Below are positions 50,061 through 62,560 of a stretch of 64,000 bases of DNA, piece by piece. Positions within the stretch are counted from its first letter, which is position 1; every line of letters starts with the position of its first letter. A program made the translations under genes and the position numbers. Origin of the DNA: Amphiscolops sp. MND2022 (taxonomy: Eukaryota); contig CAXLNC010000756.1 in the NCBI GenBank assembly GCA_964187785.1, positions 1-64,000 of the forward strand. Direction: 5' to 3'. The notes under the pieces are model-generated. The model worked only from the letters and a program-made list of their open reading frames with translations. It was not told the DNA's origin and did not search any database.

Positions 50061-53000
50061 AACCTAACTCAGACTCTGATGATTCCGAAGCACCTCCATC
50101 CCCTAATTTTAAACCTACTTCTAATACGAGTTTAAAATACTATCGATTAATTACACGTAATCCCAATAAACAATCTAAATTACGATTCCTTGAAAATGAA
50201 AGTACCATGCAAAGATCTTCACCTAAGAATCGCGATCTATTATTAATCTATCTCCTCGTTACACTCTTAATAGCGCCCTTCAATTTATTGGGAATTATTC
50301 ACCTCCTCCGCCTAATTATAACTTACATAATAATATAACAAAATAATTTCAACTTATTCTTCAATATAATCATTCTCCTGGTCAATCTCAATTAGCTACA
50401 TTGTCTTCGCTTCCACATTTGCATATCAACTTGTTTTAAAGGCAACGCTAGAAGAAAACGCTGTTTTCGGGTACCGCTATGATTATAAAATTGAATAAGA
50501 TAGTTGGTCTTTAATTGTTCGAAACTTGAAATCAACTATGATGATAAATATAGTAACTTCATTTATCATGGAAAAACCTTTTCTTTCCTCCATGATGATG
50601 ATTTTGCAAACCCACCATTTTAACCACATTCACCATTGTTTGGTTCCCGGGAAAACTATGTTCATTTTTTTCAATCCACTTCGTTATTAGAAGTATGTCT
50701 GAACTTAATAACCGTTACTGTTTCGAAACCCAACACTTCTGTAGTAACAGTGATTCTAATATTCCTCTTGAAACTTCTTGCCATGACTCTGACTCTCAAA
50801 CCCGTCTCTCTAGTTTTGAAAGCTTCCCCGAAAGTAAATTGTTTTGCAATAAACCCACAACTTTATAAACCACTCAATACGCTGATCACCTAATAACATA
50901 TTAAGATGACTTTATCATGCACACTGGTAAACGTACTCCTCTTGAATTACTTGAAGATGAACAATATGATTCACCCAATTATGTCTAGTAATATAATCCA
51001 CACTAAAAATAGGCTCCTTTTTTTCCTGCGTTAATTTCGTCAAACAATTTTGCCACTATTGATTAGGAAGCCCATAAATATACTAAAACTGACTACTCTA
51101 TTAATATTGTTCTTAAAACAATGTGAGTTGCTGAACTGAACACTCTCCATACTATTCGCGAAATCGAACGAACTCAACGCCTCTTAAACATCCACACCTT
51201 GCTGGTTTTCTCTTAACTCAAAAGCGTTGCATTTCGAAAGCTCAACTACTTGTCTTTATGGATGTCCTCATCATCTTTCCCCTCTATATTTAGCTGAACA
51301 ACGTTAGGATAAAATTTCTGTTAACTACTTTGCCACCCTTATGTATGTTGACCCAATCACTCGCAAAAATTTTGAATAAGATAATCAAATAACAAAACGT
51401 TCCTGCTCTTGACCCTGATAGTTATCAATATTATGTCTTAACTTCACAACATATTTAAAAAGGCCCTCCTTTACTCTCATTTTTGGAATCGTGTTCTCTT
51501 CACCATACATTCTTATAAAACGTTGCTTCTTGGCAAAGCTATTAGTTATGAAATTATGAGTAAACAATCTTCTTAACTATTCCCCAAAAATCCGTACAAA
51601 ACTTCGAATTGGTCTCCATGCATATATGTTAAACCTTTTTCACACCTGATTGGTTAACTTGATTGGTTCCCTTCTTTGGTTACCCAAATTTTATATTAAC
51701 TCAATGTGGAATTTCTCTCTGCACTGGTATTTTTGTTTAATCTGCTTTCAACGCACTCGCTAGTTTATACCGCTCACTCACAGCTGGGAAAGTTCTTAAA
51801 AAACAAATTTCCCTCCTTTCCGCTTTTTCCTATGGTGTTTTGGAACCACAAGTAAAACAATGATGACTGCTATTACCACGTCTCCCGAACCTAACTCAGA
51901 CTCTGATGATTCCGAAGCACCTCCATCCCCTAATTTTAAACCTACTTCTAATACGAGTTTAAAATACTATCGATTAATTACACGTAATCCCAATAAACAA
52001 TCTAAATTACGATTCCTTGAAAATGAAAGTACCATGCAAAGATCTTCACCTAAGAATCGCCATCTATTATTAATCTATCTCCTCGTTACACTCTTAATAG
52101 CGCCCTTCAATTTATTGGGAATTATTCACCTCCTCCGCCTAATTATAACTTACATAATATTATAACAAAATAATTTCAACTTATTCTTCAATATAATCAT
52201 TCTCCTGGTCAATCTCAATTAGCTACATTGTCTTCGCTTCCACATTTGCATATCAACTTGTTTTAAAGGCAACGCTAGAAGAAAACGCTGTTTTCGGGTA
52301 CCGCTATGATTATAAAATTGAATAAAATAAATGGTCTTTAATTGTTCGAAACTTGAAATCAACTATGATGATAAATATAGTAACTTCATTTATCATGGAC
52401 AAACCTTATCTTTCCTCCATGATGATGATTTTGCAAACCCACCATTTTAACACCATTCACCATTGTTTGGTTCCCGGGAGAACTATGTTCATTTTTTTTC
52501 AATCCACTTCATTATTAGACGTATGTCTAAACTTAATAACCGTTACTGGTTCGAAACCCAACACTTCTGTAGTAACAGTGAATCTAATGTTCCTCCTGAA
52601 ACTCCTTGCCATGACTCTGACTCTCAAACCCGTCTCTCTTGTTTTGAAAGCTTCCCCGAAAGTAAATTGTTTTGCAATAAACCCACATCTTTATATACCA
52701 CTCAATACGCTGATCTCCTAATAACATATTAAGATGACTTTATCAGGCACACTGGTAAACGTACTCCTCTTGAATTACTTGAAGATGAACAATATGATTC
52801 ACCCAATTATGTCTGGTAATATAATCCACACTCAAAATAGGCTCCTTTTTTTCCTGCGTTAAACTCATCAAACAGTTGTGCCACTATTGATTAGGAAGCC
52901 CATAAATATACTGGAACTGACTACTCTATTAATATTGTTCTTAAAACAATGTGAGTTGCTGAACTGAACACTCTCCATACTATTCGCGAAATCGAACGAA

Positions 53001-54077
53001 CTCAACGCCTCTTAAAAATCCACAACTTGCTGGTTTTCTCTTAACTCAAAAGCGTTGCATTTCGAAGGCTCAACTACTTGTCTTTATGGATGTCCTCATC
53101 ATCTTTCCCCTCTATATTTAGCTGAACAACGTTAGGATAAAATTCGTGTTAACTACTTTGCCACCCTTATGTATGTTGACCCAATCACTCGCAAAAACTT
53201 TTGAATATGATAATCAAATAACAAAACGTTACTGCTCTTGACCCTGATAGTTATCAATATTATGTCTAAACTTCACAACATATTAAAAAAGACCCTCCTT
53301 TACTCTCATTTTTGGAATCGTGTTCTCTTCACCATACATTCTTATAAAACGTTGCTTCTTGGCAAAGCTATTAGTTATGAAATTATTGTAAACAATCTTT
53401 TTAACTATTCCCCAAAAATTCGTACAAAACTTCGAATTGGTCTCCATGCATATATGTTAAACCTTTTTCACACCTGATTGGTTAACTTGATTGGTTCTTT
53501 TCTTTGGTTACCCAAATTTTAAATTAACTCAATGTGGAATTTCTCTCTGCACTGGTATTTTTGTTTAATCTGCTTTCAAAGCATTCGCTAGTTTATACCG
53601 CTCACTCACAGCTAGGAAAGTTCCTAAAAAACAAATCTGCCTCCTTTCCGCTTTTTCCTATGGTGTTTTGGAACCACAAATAAAACAATGATGACTGCTA
53701 TTACCACGTCTCCCGACCCTAACTCAGACACTGATTATTTCGAAGCACCTCCATCCCCTAATTTTCAACCTACTTCTAATACGAGTTTAAAACACTATCG
53801 ATTAATGACACGTAATCCCAATAAACAATCTAAATTACAATTTCTTGAAAATGAAAGTACCATGCAAAGATCTTCACCTAAGAGTCGCCATCTATTATTA
53901 ATCTATCTCCTCGTTACACTCTTAATAGCGCCCCTCAATTAATTGGGAATTATTCACCCCCTCCGCCTAATTATAACTTACATAATATTATAACAAAATA
54001 ATTTCAACCTTTTCTTCAATATAATCATTCTCCTGGTCAATCTCAATTACCTACATTGTTTTCGCTTCCACATTTGC
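48601..54077 (+). repeat. Tandem triplication of a ~1826-bp env mid/C-terminal unit (48601-50425; 50426-52252; 52253-54077)
   Basis: ORF triplets 48811/50636/52463 and 50033/51860/53688; identical junction ccacatttgc-ata-tcaacttg. Confidence 0.97.
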
Positions 54078-54399
54078 CTAATTATAGTTCTCCTGAAGAT
54101 ACTATTTTTGACAACTCCGTTAATATTTCTCGCATACACAATGTGTGGCAATCAACCGAATTTTATGCTCCTACTCCACAACGTATGAAAGATATGAAAT
54201 CCCATCAACATCTGTCAATAGTATGTTTAATCAACCCGAAAGCGCTGCTAAAATTCATTCATCCTGTCGCTTCCCACCTGAATAAATTTATGTCTCTTTT
54301 TTCATATAATATTCAGCACTTCTCTTTCTCTCTGCTCCTTGTGCAGTTTCTGTTTCATAACCGCTAAATGCACTTTCATTTGTCAAATTTTCCGCTGAA

Positions 54400-57300
54400 A
54401 AATCAATTATCTTTCTACCAATTCTCAATTTCAAATTGTCTTGCTTCAAACATTCTATAGTATTTTTGACCACATATATGTTTCATCACTATATTCCTTC
54501 TTACTAAACCGTATAATCTCACCTACTACATTAATACTTCACCATGAAAGTTTTCCAAAATCCATAATTTTTCTGTGTAAAGTACAAATTTACTCTAATG
54601 AAATATTATTTCCTCTACATTAAAAAATGAGTGATCTCATTGTGACGAAGAACTTCTCTCAACAATCGCATCTCTGTCAACACCTATTTCTCTCAAATCT
54701 GGTGCCTTGAACTCCCCATTGCTACTCTTCCGAATAACCTTGAAATCGTTCCAGCTGCCGAACCTACTTTCTCTGATACTGAAACTTCCTTTTAAACCCA
54801 TACTTCCACTGTTTATTCTCAACCCATCTCCTCTACTCTTAGAACTCGCCACTCATCTAACTTTCCTGAAAATCCTGTTTTTATTGACTCTGGTATACTA
54901 CCTCCTGTACTCCAACCTGTGAAAAATCTTTCTCAAACCAAAACTATGACCGATAAATGTTTCCGCACTCATCCGAATTTCAATGTTAATTTCCCTTCTT
55001 TCTATTTGACTCCTAACACGTAAAAATTCCGATATCCACAAGATCGTATCTTTGATCATTATGATGTCTACGCCTCCAAAAACTCAAAATAAATCCCTTT
55101 TTGCAAACCAAACGTCTACGCTTCTGCCACTTTCAATTCCACGTTTCAAAACCAACTGAACATGGTTTTGTTTCTAACCCTAATGATATTAGTACTGCTC
55201 CTTCGGTTAACAAACTCCATCACAAACATACCAATTCATTCTAGGACAAAACGACGCACACATTTTTATCTTTCAAAATCACAAATTTACATCACTTTTC
55301 TCCTTCCATTCTTTGTATTCCTCTAATCACCTCTATACCGTCGGGATAATAATTATGACCCGGTCGAAAATATTACATCATTGTTCCATACCATGACCCT
55401 AAACGTCCCCTTTTCTTTCCTCAAGTATCCTTCAGTCTAAATGATGATAATTACTACCCAATCATGTTCCTAACGGCGTAGCTAATTGCTTCCCAAAAAA
55501 GAAAAAAAATGTCGAAGCTCCTCTTGATGATCATTCTACCTCTTTAAACCTCCCTTATACAATAGCATAAGTTCTTCGCCTAACTTTCTTCTTTCATTTG
55601 AAAAAAACTTACAAATGATTTCCAGAAAATTACAATAGAATCCCTGATGAAATCAATAACGCTTTTTCCAAACACGTCCCTCCAACCTCTACAAATCTTG
55701 AAATTCAAATTGTACCTCCTCAAATTTTCATTCAACCACATCCTTCTTCATTTGTATTACAAACTGTCAGTCCTAATGTTTGCATCAACTCCTTTTCTTG
55801 TCCAACCGACAAACTTGTCACTGGAATTTCGAGTCTTCTCCGCCCACATGTTGATCACTACTACTGATCCTTTTATCATTTTAAATCCCATTTTCGACAG
55901 CCACCGTAATCTCCAAAATCTCCTCCAGCTTCATCGCAATGATATCCAAGCTTTCACTTTATCTACAGTAAATGTTACCGATTGTCTCGAAAATTTTGTT
56001 TTCCTTGAAACTTCGAATCAACTCGCCAATTCTTCTTCAACTTTTCGCCCTCACTCTTCTACAAAATTCAATCAATTTCAAGTGAAAAAAAATCTTTTTC
56101 AAAAAATAGTCCACAAGTTTTCTTTTCATTTTCTTCAAAACGATTCATTCAAGTTCTCATCTTTTGTCATCCTTTGACAGCTTCTCTCTTATCATTCTTC
56201 GCTCTTTCATTCACCTCTCTGCTTCTCAAAATTCAAATCTTACCATTTATCCTATTGTCTGAATGACAAGTTTCAATTGATATCTCGCACAAGTACTCTG
56301 TTGACTTCCACATTTTGACATTTTTGAGCTCACATCTGTTGTTCAATCACTCTCCTATTTAATTACTTGTTAACTTTTCAAAAACCAATTTTCCACTTTT
56401 TCTCCTCACTCTCTTTCATTTTCACTGGCAACTTTCACTAGTCCACTTGCTAAGGCTATCACAAAACTTGTTTTCATTCAATTGATTTGTAAAGAAAACA
56501 TAGAAACTTCACAAGAAAAATAATATTACAAAAACTAAATTTTCCCAAGAAAGTCGATTTAAAAAGTCGCTAAATCTGTTCAAAATCTCTAGTAACTCTA
56601 AATCTCGGAGCCAGTTTATGAAAACATTTCGGAACATCTTTTCAATAGGTTTATTCACAACCTTACACATACACGAATTTGAACTAACACTCAACAAAAA
56701 CTCACATTTGCCGAAAATATTCATCGGAAGTTTGTTTTAGTAATCACGCAAATCATCCATCTTCTCATCATGACATCTCTCTTTTCCTCTACTCCTCATC
56801 CTTCCTCGACGTTGGCATACCCTCTTCTCAACCAAATGTTGGACTCTCTTCTGTCAGCGCCTGTGTTTCTTCAACTTCGTTTACTTTCACTCAGCCTACA
56901 TTCACTGTCATTGCAACTTCTTTGTCTTCAAACACGATATCTTCTTCTTCGCCCCGATCACCCATTTCGTCAGTGCTTCCCAATACAAAACACGCTTCAG
57001 TTTCTTCGCCTCTTCCACTCCTGCCACATGACGCTGTTGCTACTCCAGTCCATCTTCAGCAAGTCTCCGCAGTTCGTCAGTAAACTCGCGATTTCCAACA
57101 ACGTAAGCCCAGCCACCCGAAACGTCCAGTTCACGCCGGGTGAAGCTGGCTCGGCGACCAAAAACGTAGTCCACACAGTTGTAAATGAAAAGAAAGTCAA
57201 CCAGTATATTAAAGCTTTAAAAGGTTATGAACAATAGATCGATCAACTCCTTTTTGATAAAGCCACTGATCTTGAAAAAATTATTGCTACTGTGGATACT

Positions 57301-57500
57301 ATTTTAAGTCATTGAAAACCCCCATCGATTTTATCAAAATTCAAACCCCCCGCTTACAACACCCCTCAAATGTTGCCATTCCGCATACAAGTTCCTCCAG
57401 ATAATTTTCAAGATTGTCTCCAGTGCTACCCCTTACGATGCTCATAATTCCCCATGATCAATATACATATACATCTTTCCAACTACCTCTCTCACACCCC
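54400..57500 (+). pseudogene. Distal post-env accessory ORF region(s) of B2, unknown function
   Basis: ORFs 55647-56177 (related to B1 W region) and 56770-57237 (S/P-rich, then helical VNQYIKALKGYEQ*IDQLLFDKATDLEKII). Confidence 0.5.
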
Positions 57501-58439
57501 TAATTCCCATATTTCTTTTTAAAATGGAAACAATTACACCCTTAACCCCCGCGATTCACTAAATTCTATTGGCCCTTTGATATCATCTCTTCAAGATGTT
57601 GACATTTTGATACAAATGATAAACAAAAAACTCTAGTTTGAAACGCAGTAAAATCTTTCCCATTTATCCACTTCTTTTTCCCAACCCCCCGTTTTTTTCT
57701 CTTTTCATTCCTTTTCACATTCACATGCCTTTAATTGAAATGATATTATTTAATGTCATTACATTTGACAAAAATGTTACCTTTTGCTCCTAAAGTGTAA
57801 AGTTCTCCAGGCTTTATCCCCCCAAAACTTCAGTTCAACATAACACATTTCACATGTTTTGTTTTAATCTAACTCCTACGATTTTAACTCGCTCACAAAG
57901 TGTTGCTTTCCCCAACATTTTTGACATTTCCAAATCAATTTGTTTCAACCTACATTCTTTTTTCACCTACTCTCCAAAGTGTTTTAAATTACTCCTCAAT
58001 AATATCAGTTCTAAAAGCTTTTTTGTCTTCAATTTCATTCCTCTTAGTTCACATACAAACGATCACTCACTTCGGTTATTGATTTCCTGTCAAATGACGT
58101 TTTTTTGCTGTCGTTCTCACAGTGAAAGTGTTCTTTCAACGCTTCCTACCCGCCACATGTGATCAATTTCTGAACAAGTGTAGACTAATATTTGATTTCT
58201 TTTTGAACTATCTTGACTATAATCAGACCGTGTTTATGCCATCGAAGCTTTTACTAATTGTAGTTTCTTAGTTTGTCCAAACAGACTATTAATGCTTAGA
58301 CTAATGCTTAAGGCGAAAAAGAACTGAGAGTCTGCGTATAATAAAGCTTCATTTTGTCAACAAGGCCACCAGAAAAGTTTCGTTGCTCTTTTCACACCAC
58401 TCTTCCTTCTTCTACGCCGCCCCTTCACTTGTCAATCAC

Positions 58440-58882
58440 TGTTGTTACTGACCTCGCATAATGGAGGAATTCGTTGTAGCAGTCGTGGGGACAGTGGCGA
58501 TAAAATGATTGGCTAGGAAATGCCCGGAAACATTGACTAAGATTAGAAAAAGGTTGAGACCAATAAAACAACTGATAATATATAAAGTATATATGTTTTA
58601 ATAGGAGGAGTCAGAAAAGAGGAGGGTAACACAAAGGGGACAGTTTCGAAATATATTCTCTGAGGAATTGGTTTCCTCTTTCTCTTTTCTTTTCTCGAAT
58701 TTCGTTTCTTGAACTTCGCTTCTATACCTTGCAACGACACAAAGATCAATTTTCGAATAATTTCATTCAAGAGAACTTGCAATGAGCAATACGAATAATC
58801 AAAAACTGGAAACTATTCAAAAGATATCACATATGAATCACAATCAAAGAATTTCATTCAAACAAAATGTTGAGTCACAACA
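58440..58882 (-). repeat. 3' LTR of the BEL/Pao element (443 bp)
   Basis: Begins TGTTGTgact right after the PPT and ends agtaACAACA (TGTTGT/ACAACA terminal inverted repeat). Confidence 0.8.
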
Positions 58883-58896
58883 TATTCCGCCCCCCA
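58883..58896 (-). promoter_or_regulatory. Polypurine tract
   Basis: - strand GGGGGGCGGAATA immediately 5' of the LTR TG. Confidence 0.75.
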
Positions 58897-58923
58897 AAAA
58901 AGGGTTTGGACGAAAGTTGATGT

Positions 58924-60333
58924 TTAGGTTTTGTTTACAAACTCGACAGGAAGTTTTGACAACATTATGACTGGTCTGTGAATGTAGCTAATGGTCGTTT
59001 TGAGTCTGCAAGATCGCACGAATCCACTCGCCCCCTGAAACACTTTGTCGACTCTTGCCATTGGCCAAAACCCACGTGGTGTAAATTCGTCTAGAAGCCA
59101 AAGGTCTCCTGACTGCAGATTTGGAGTTTGCGTGGACCATTTGCCACGCTTGAGGAGTGTAGACATGTATTCTTTCAGGAAACGATTCCGAAGCTGATCG
59201 AAGAGCTGTTGTGCTTGTTTCCAACTGCTGGAGATAGTAAATGACTTATCCAAGAAGATTCCGGGTGGTAAATTTGGTGATGGGCGACCTAGCAGGAAAT
59301 GGTTAGGTGTGATGGGTTCCATATCTCGAAAATTGCTGGATACTTGAGTTAGAAGACGACCATTCATCATTTCAGCTACCTCGCACACAAATGTCGAGAG
59401 GGTGTCATGAGTTAAAGTTCGAGAAGCAATTACACGATGAAAGGCGTTCTTGAACACTTTTACCAAACTCTCCCAGGACCCACCAAAATGAGGCGATGAT
59501 GGAGGAATAAAGCGCCAATCCAAATGGAGTAGTACGAAGGCGTCGCGAAAGGCATTGTCTGTTCGAAGTTTCTCAATACCATTTTCTAATTCTTTACTAG
59601 CTTTGATGAAAGTTGTCGCGTTGTCGGAGTAAATTTGTTGTGGATTTTCAAGCAAAGAAATGAACCGCCGTATTGCCATGAGCGTTGTTTCTGTATTGAG
59701 ATCAGCACAAGTTTCGATATGAACGGCTCTTGTGACAAGGTAAGTAAAGAGCAGGCAATATCGTCTCCCGAATTGACCATTATCTTTGATGGGAAACGGA
59801 CCAACGAAATCGAGTCCTGTTGTAACAAAGGAAAAAATATTTGCAGAAGGTAAGCGACAATCAGGTAGATCAGCCATGATCGGATAGTCGACGTGCTGGG
59901 TTATCCTTCGGCATGGAATACAATGATGAATGATGGTCTTGAGGGCAGACCGACAACGCAGAATCCAAAACTGCTCCTGGACAATGCTACGAGACTGTTC
60001 GAGGCTAGCATGAGAATTGCTTTTGTGTATATGGAGGAGAAAGAGTTTTACTGCCGGATTTTTAGAATCAAGAATTATTGGGTAACGTGCGACAAGGAGA
60101 TACTTAGCTTTGGCAAGCCTGCCGCGAGAGCGAAGAAGACCTTGCTGATCGAGAAATGGAGAGAGCGATGATATTCGTGAGTTAGGCGATGAAGGTTTTT
60201 GTCTTGTCAAGGCGTAAAATTCTTCCGGAAACGAAGTTCTTTGAGTCCCCAATAAGTTCCATCTGAAGGCTTTCATAAGATGAGTAACTCCTAGTCGATA
60301 GTTGATGCGACGGTGTTTGTCCAGCAAGAGCAA
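58924..60333 (-). CDS. pol: BEL/Pao integrase region, 469-aa open frame
   Basis: HHCC (HIHKSNSH...CIPC), GLDFVGPF, YSDNATTF, GGSWESLVK, C-terminal WLLDEFTPRGFWPMARV. Confidence 0.92.
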   Translation of the reverse strand: MLLLDKHRRINYRLGVTHLMKAFRWNLLGTQRTSFPEEFYALTRQKPSSPNSRISSLSPFLDQQGLLRSRGRLAKAKYLLVARYPIILDSKNPAVKLFLLHIHKSNSHASLEQSRSIVQEQFWILRCRSALKTIIHHCIPCRRITQHVDYPIMADLPDCRLPSANIFSFVTTGLDFVGPFPIKDNGQFGRRYCLLFTYLVTRAVHIETCADLNTETTLMAIRRFISLLENPQQIYSDNATTFIKASKELENGIEKLRTDNAFRDAFVLLHLDWRFIPPSSPHFGGSWESLVKVFKNAFHRVIASRTLTHDTLSTFVCEVAEMMNGRLLTQVSSNFRDMEPITPNHFLLGRPSPNLPPGIFLDKSFTISSSWKQAQQLFDQLRNRFLKEYMSTLLKRGKWSTQTPNLQSGDLWLLDEFTPRGFWPMARVDKVFQGASGFVRSCRLKTTISYIHRPVIMLSKLPVEFVNKT

Positions 60334-62560
60334 ACAGAAACCAACGGTTCTGACGAGACGAGTCCATTGACTAAAGTCTTGATAAGAGGCAATTGAGTCA
60401 ATCGGTGACAGAGGAAAACAAGTGTTTGGACATTCGAGGGCAGTGTTAGGTCTTTCCGGTCAAATTTCAGGATTCTTTAGAAGAAAATCGGGTCCTTTGA
60501 GCCACCGTGACTCGGATGTCAATTCTAAAACCGGTATTCCTCTAGTTCCAACATGATCTGGGTTCAAGGTTGTGGGAACGTAACGCCACTGGGACACAGT
60601 CGAAGTTGAGAGAATGATGGATAAAAAGTTGGCTATGAAAATTTTGTGTCGGCTCTCGGATGAATTGATCCAGGACAGAACAGTAGTGCTGTCTGCCCAA
60701 TAAACAGTTGAATCGAAAAAAAGGTTTTGCTCTTTTTGATGAATTGAGCCAATTTGGCCCCATTCGTTGCTGCCAATAGTTCGAGGTTGGGTGTCGTCAT
60801 TTTCTTGATCGGTTCCACTCGAACTTTGCCGAGATTAAATTGAGACTAACGGAGTTGTCGGGGAAAACTGTACGAAGAAATACAACATTGGCTAGCGCTT
60901 TATCAGACGCATCGCTAAAATATGTAATTCTTTACGAACTGGTTGTTTGGAAGCTTCGAAATAATATCGCTTGATGTGAATTGTTGAAAGATTCGCTACT
61001 TTCTCGAAAAAGTTTTTCAAGTCAGGATAGTCATCAAGGGAAAGTGGACGATCCCAGTGCTGATTGCCCTTCCAAATTAGCTGAAGAGATGTGCGAACGC
61101 GAATTTGAATAGGAGACGACATACCAAGAGGGTCAAAAATTGGAGAAACGTACTTCAAGAGCGTTCTTTGTGTTAGCTTTTTTGGAGTTTTGAAAATTGG
61201 TAGGTTGCAAAAGATAGTAATTGTCATTTGGATTCCTTTTTACACCTAAGACTCTGTCAATGACAGTGTTTGTTTCAACAGGAGCTGAATTTGACCTGTC
61301 GGATTCCGGATTGGACTGATTGAATTCAATGTTGTTGGACGTCCATTTCGTTAGATGAAGACCATCGGTTGCTAAAGCTGTCTGGAGGTCTCGGCGCAAA
61401 TTCTTTGCTTGTTCAAGTGTACAGAAACTTGCATGAACATTGCTTCAATGTCAGCAGATAAGGCAACACGTTTTTCACCAAAGCGCAAAATCAAGCCAGT
61501 AAGGTTACAAAATAGGTCTGGTCCTTTCAGAAGACTGGAGTTTATCGAAGTATTTTGATAAACTGATGATGCATTGTTTACTCTTCGAATTTTACCAGGT
61601 TTATTCACATTGGTAACAGGGTGGTGTGGAAGATACCAAGCGTCTTCTCGATTCGCTTCTGAGTCGGGTACAGCATACACGTAGTCTTTTTTGATGTCAG
61701 TCGCAATAGACGCTTCGTACAGAGAACCCAGTTGAGGCTTTCCTGCCAACTTGATTTCAAGTGAAGACAGCTGTTTTAGCTACCCATTTGCTATTAGGTA
61801 AGGAGGCCGATTTCATAATGCCCATCAACTAGTTTGGTAGTTCTCCTCATTAAAGAAAGAGCTAGCTGATCTTCGGCAGACAGACTCTTTTTGTCACTCG
61901 AGATGCCAGAGCAATCAATGTGCATCCACTCTTGAACTTGCTGGAAAAGAGCGTCATGTCGAGATCGAATACTTGTGACATTTGTGGGAGCTGTTGTCAG
62001 AAGTCTCGAACGACCGGCAATTGTCCAACCAAGTTTGGTCGACATAACGCAAGGGGTGTTGGGTGGCCCTCGAATCACAGTACAACTATGAATGAGGTCG
62101 AAATGATCTGAACCGATGAGAAGATCGACATTTGAGTGGTTGAGGTAAGGAAACGATACGTGATTCAGGTGAGGGTACTGACGGCACAACGAATTAAAGG
62201 GCGCTGAATCAAATGTTTGGAGGTTCAATGTAGGCACAGCCAAAACATTGCGCAACGACATTGCCGCTGAGACTTTGTATGGAGCAATTGTCAAGTCGAG
62301 TGACATAGCAGCAACCAATGATGTAGTATTGACGCTTTCAAGAAGAATAGGGGAAGAATCTGGTAATTTACCTACTAAACTTTCGGCAATTTTCCTGGTG
62401 ATCAACGACACTGAGCTGCCTGTGTCTAGTAGAGCAAAGCAGTCTGCCGTTTTACCACCCGATAAAACAGTCACAGGCACAATTGGACGGATACCGGTGG
62501 TTAGCAGCCGCGAAGCGGACAATGATGAAGTTTGAATTTGATTGTGACCTTGTCTGTCAA
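60334..62560 (-). pseudogene. pol: BEL/Pao protease, RT (catalytic core deleted) and RNase H/Pao-peptidase region
   Basis: CFALLDTGSSVSLI; WYLPHHPV..NKPGKIRRV; LLKGPDL; ADIEAMFMQV joined to LEQAKNLRRDLQ; IFDPLG; TTPNLELLAA. Confidence 0.9.

Larger units (their letters stand above)
37660..57500 (+). mobile_element. Element B2: large env-bearing Ty3/Gypsy-lineage retroelement, 5'-truncated, with amplified env
   Basis: gag, pol (PR-RT-RH-IN), accessory ORFs, multiple env copies, distal accessory ORFs; same architecture as B1 in the opposite orientation. Confidence 0.88.

Noticed and set aside
57500-58439. 3' LTR of element B2
   Set aside because: No PPT, no TG...CA boundary and no matching 5' copy inside the window
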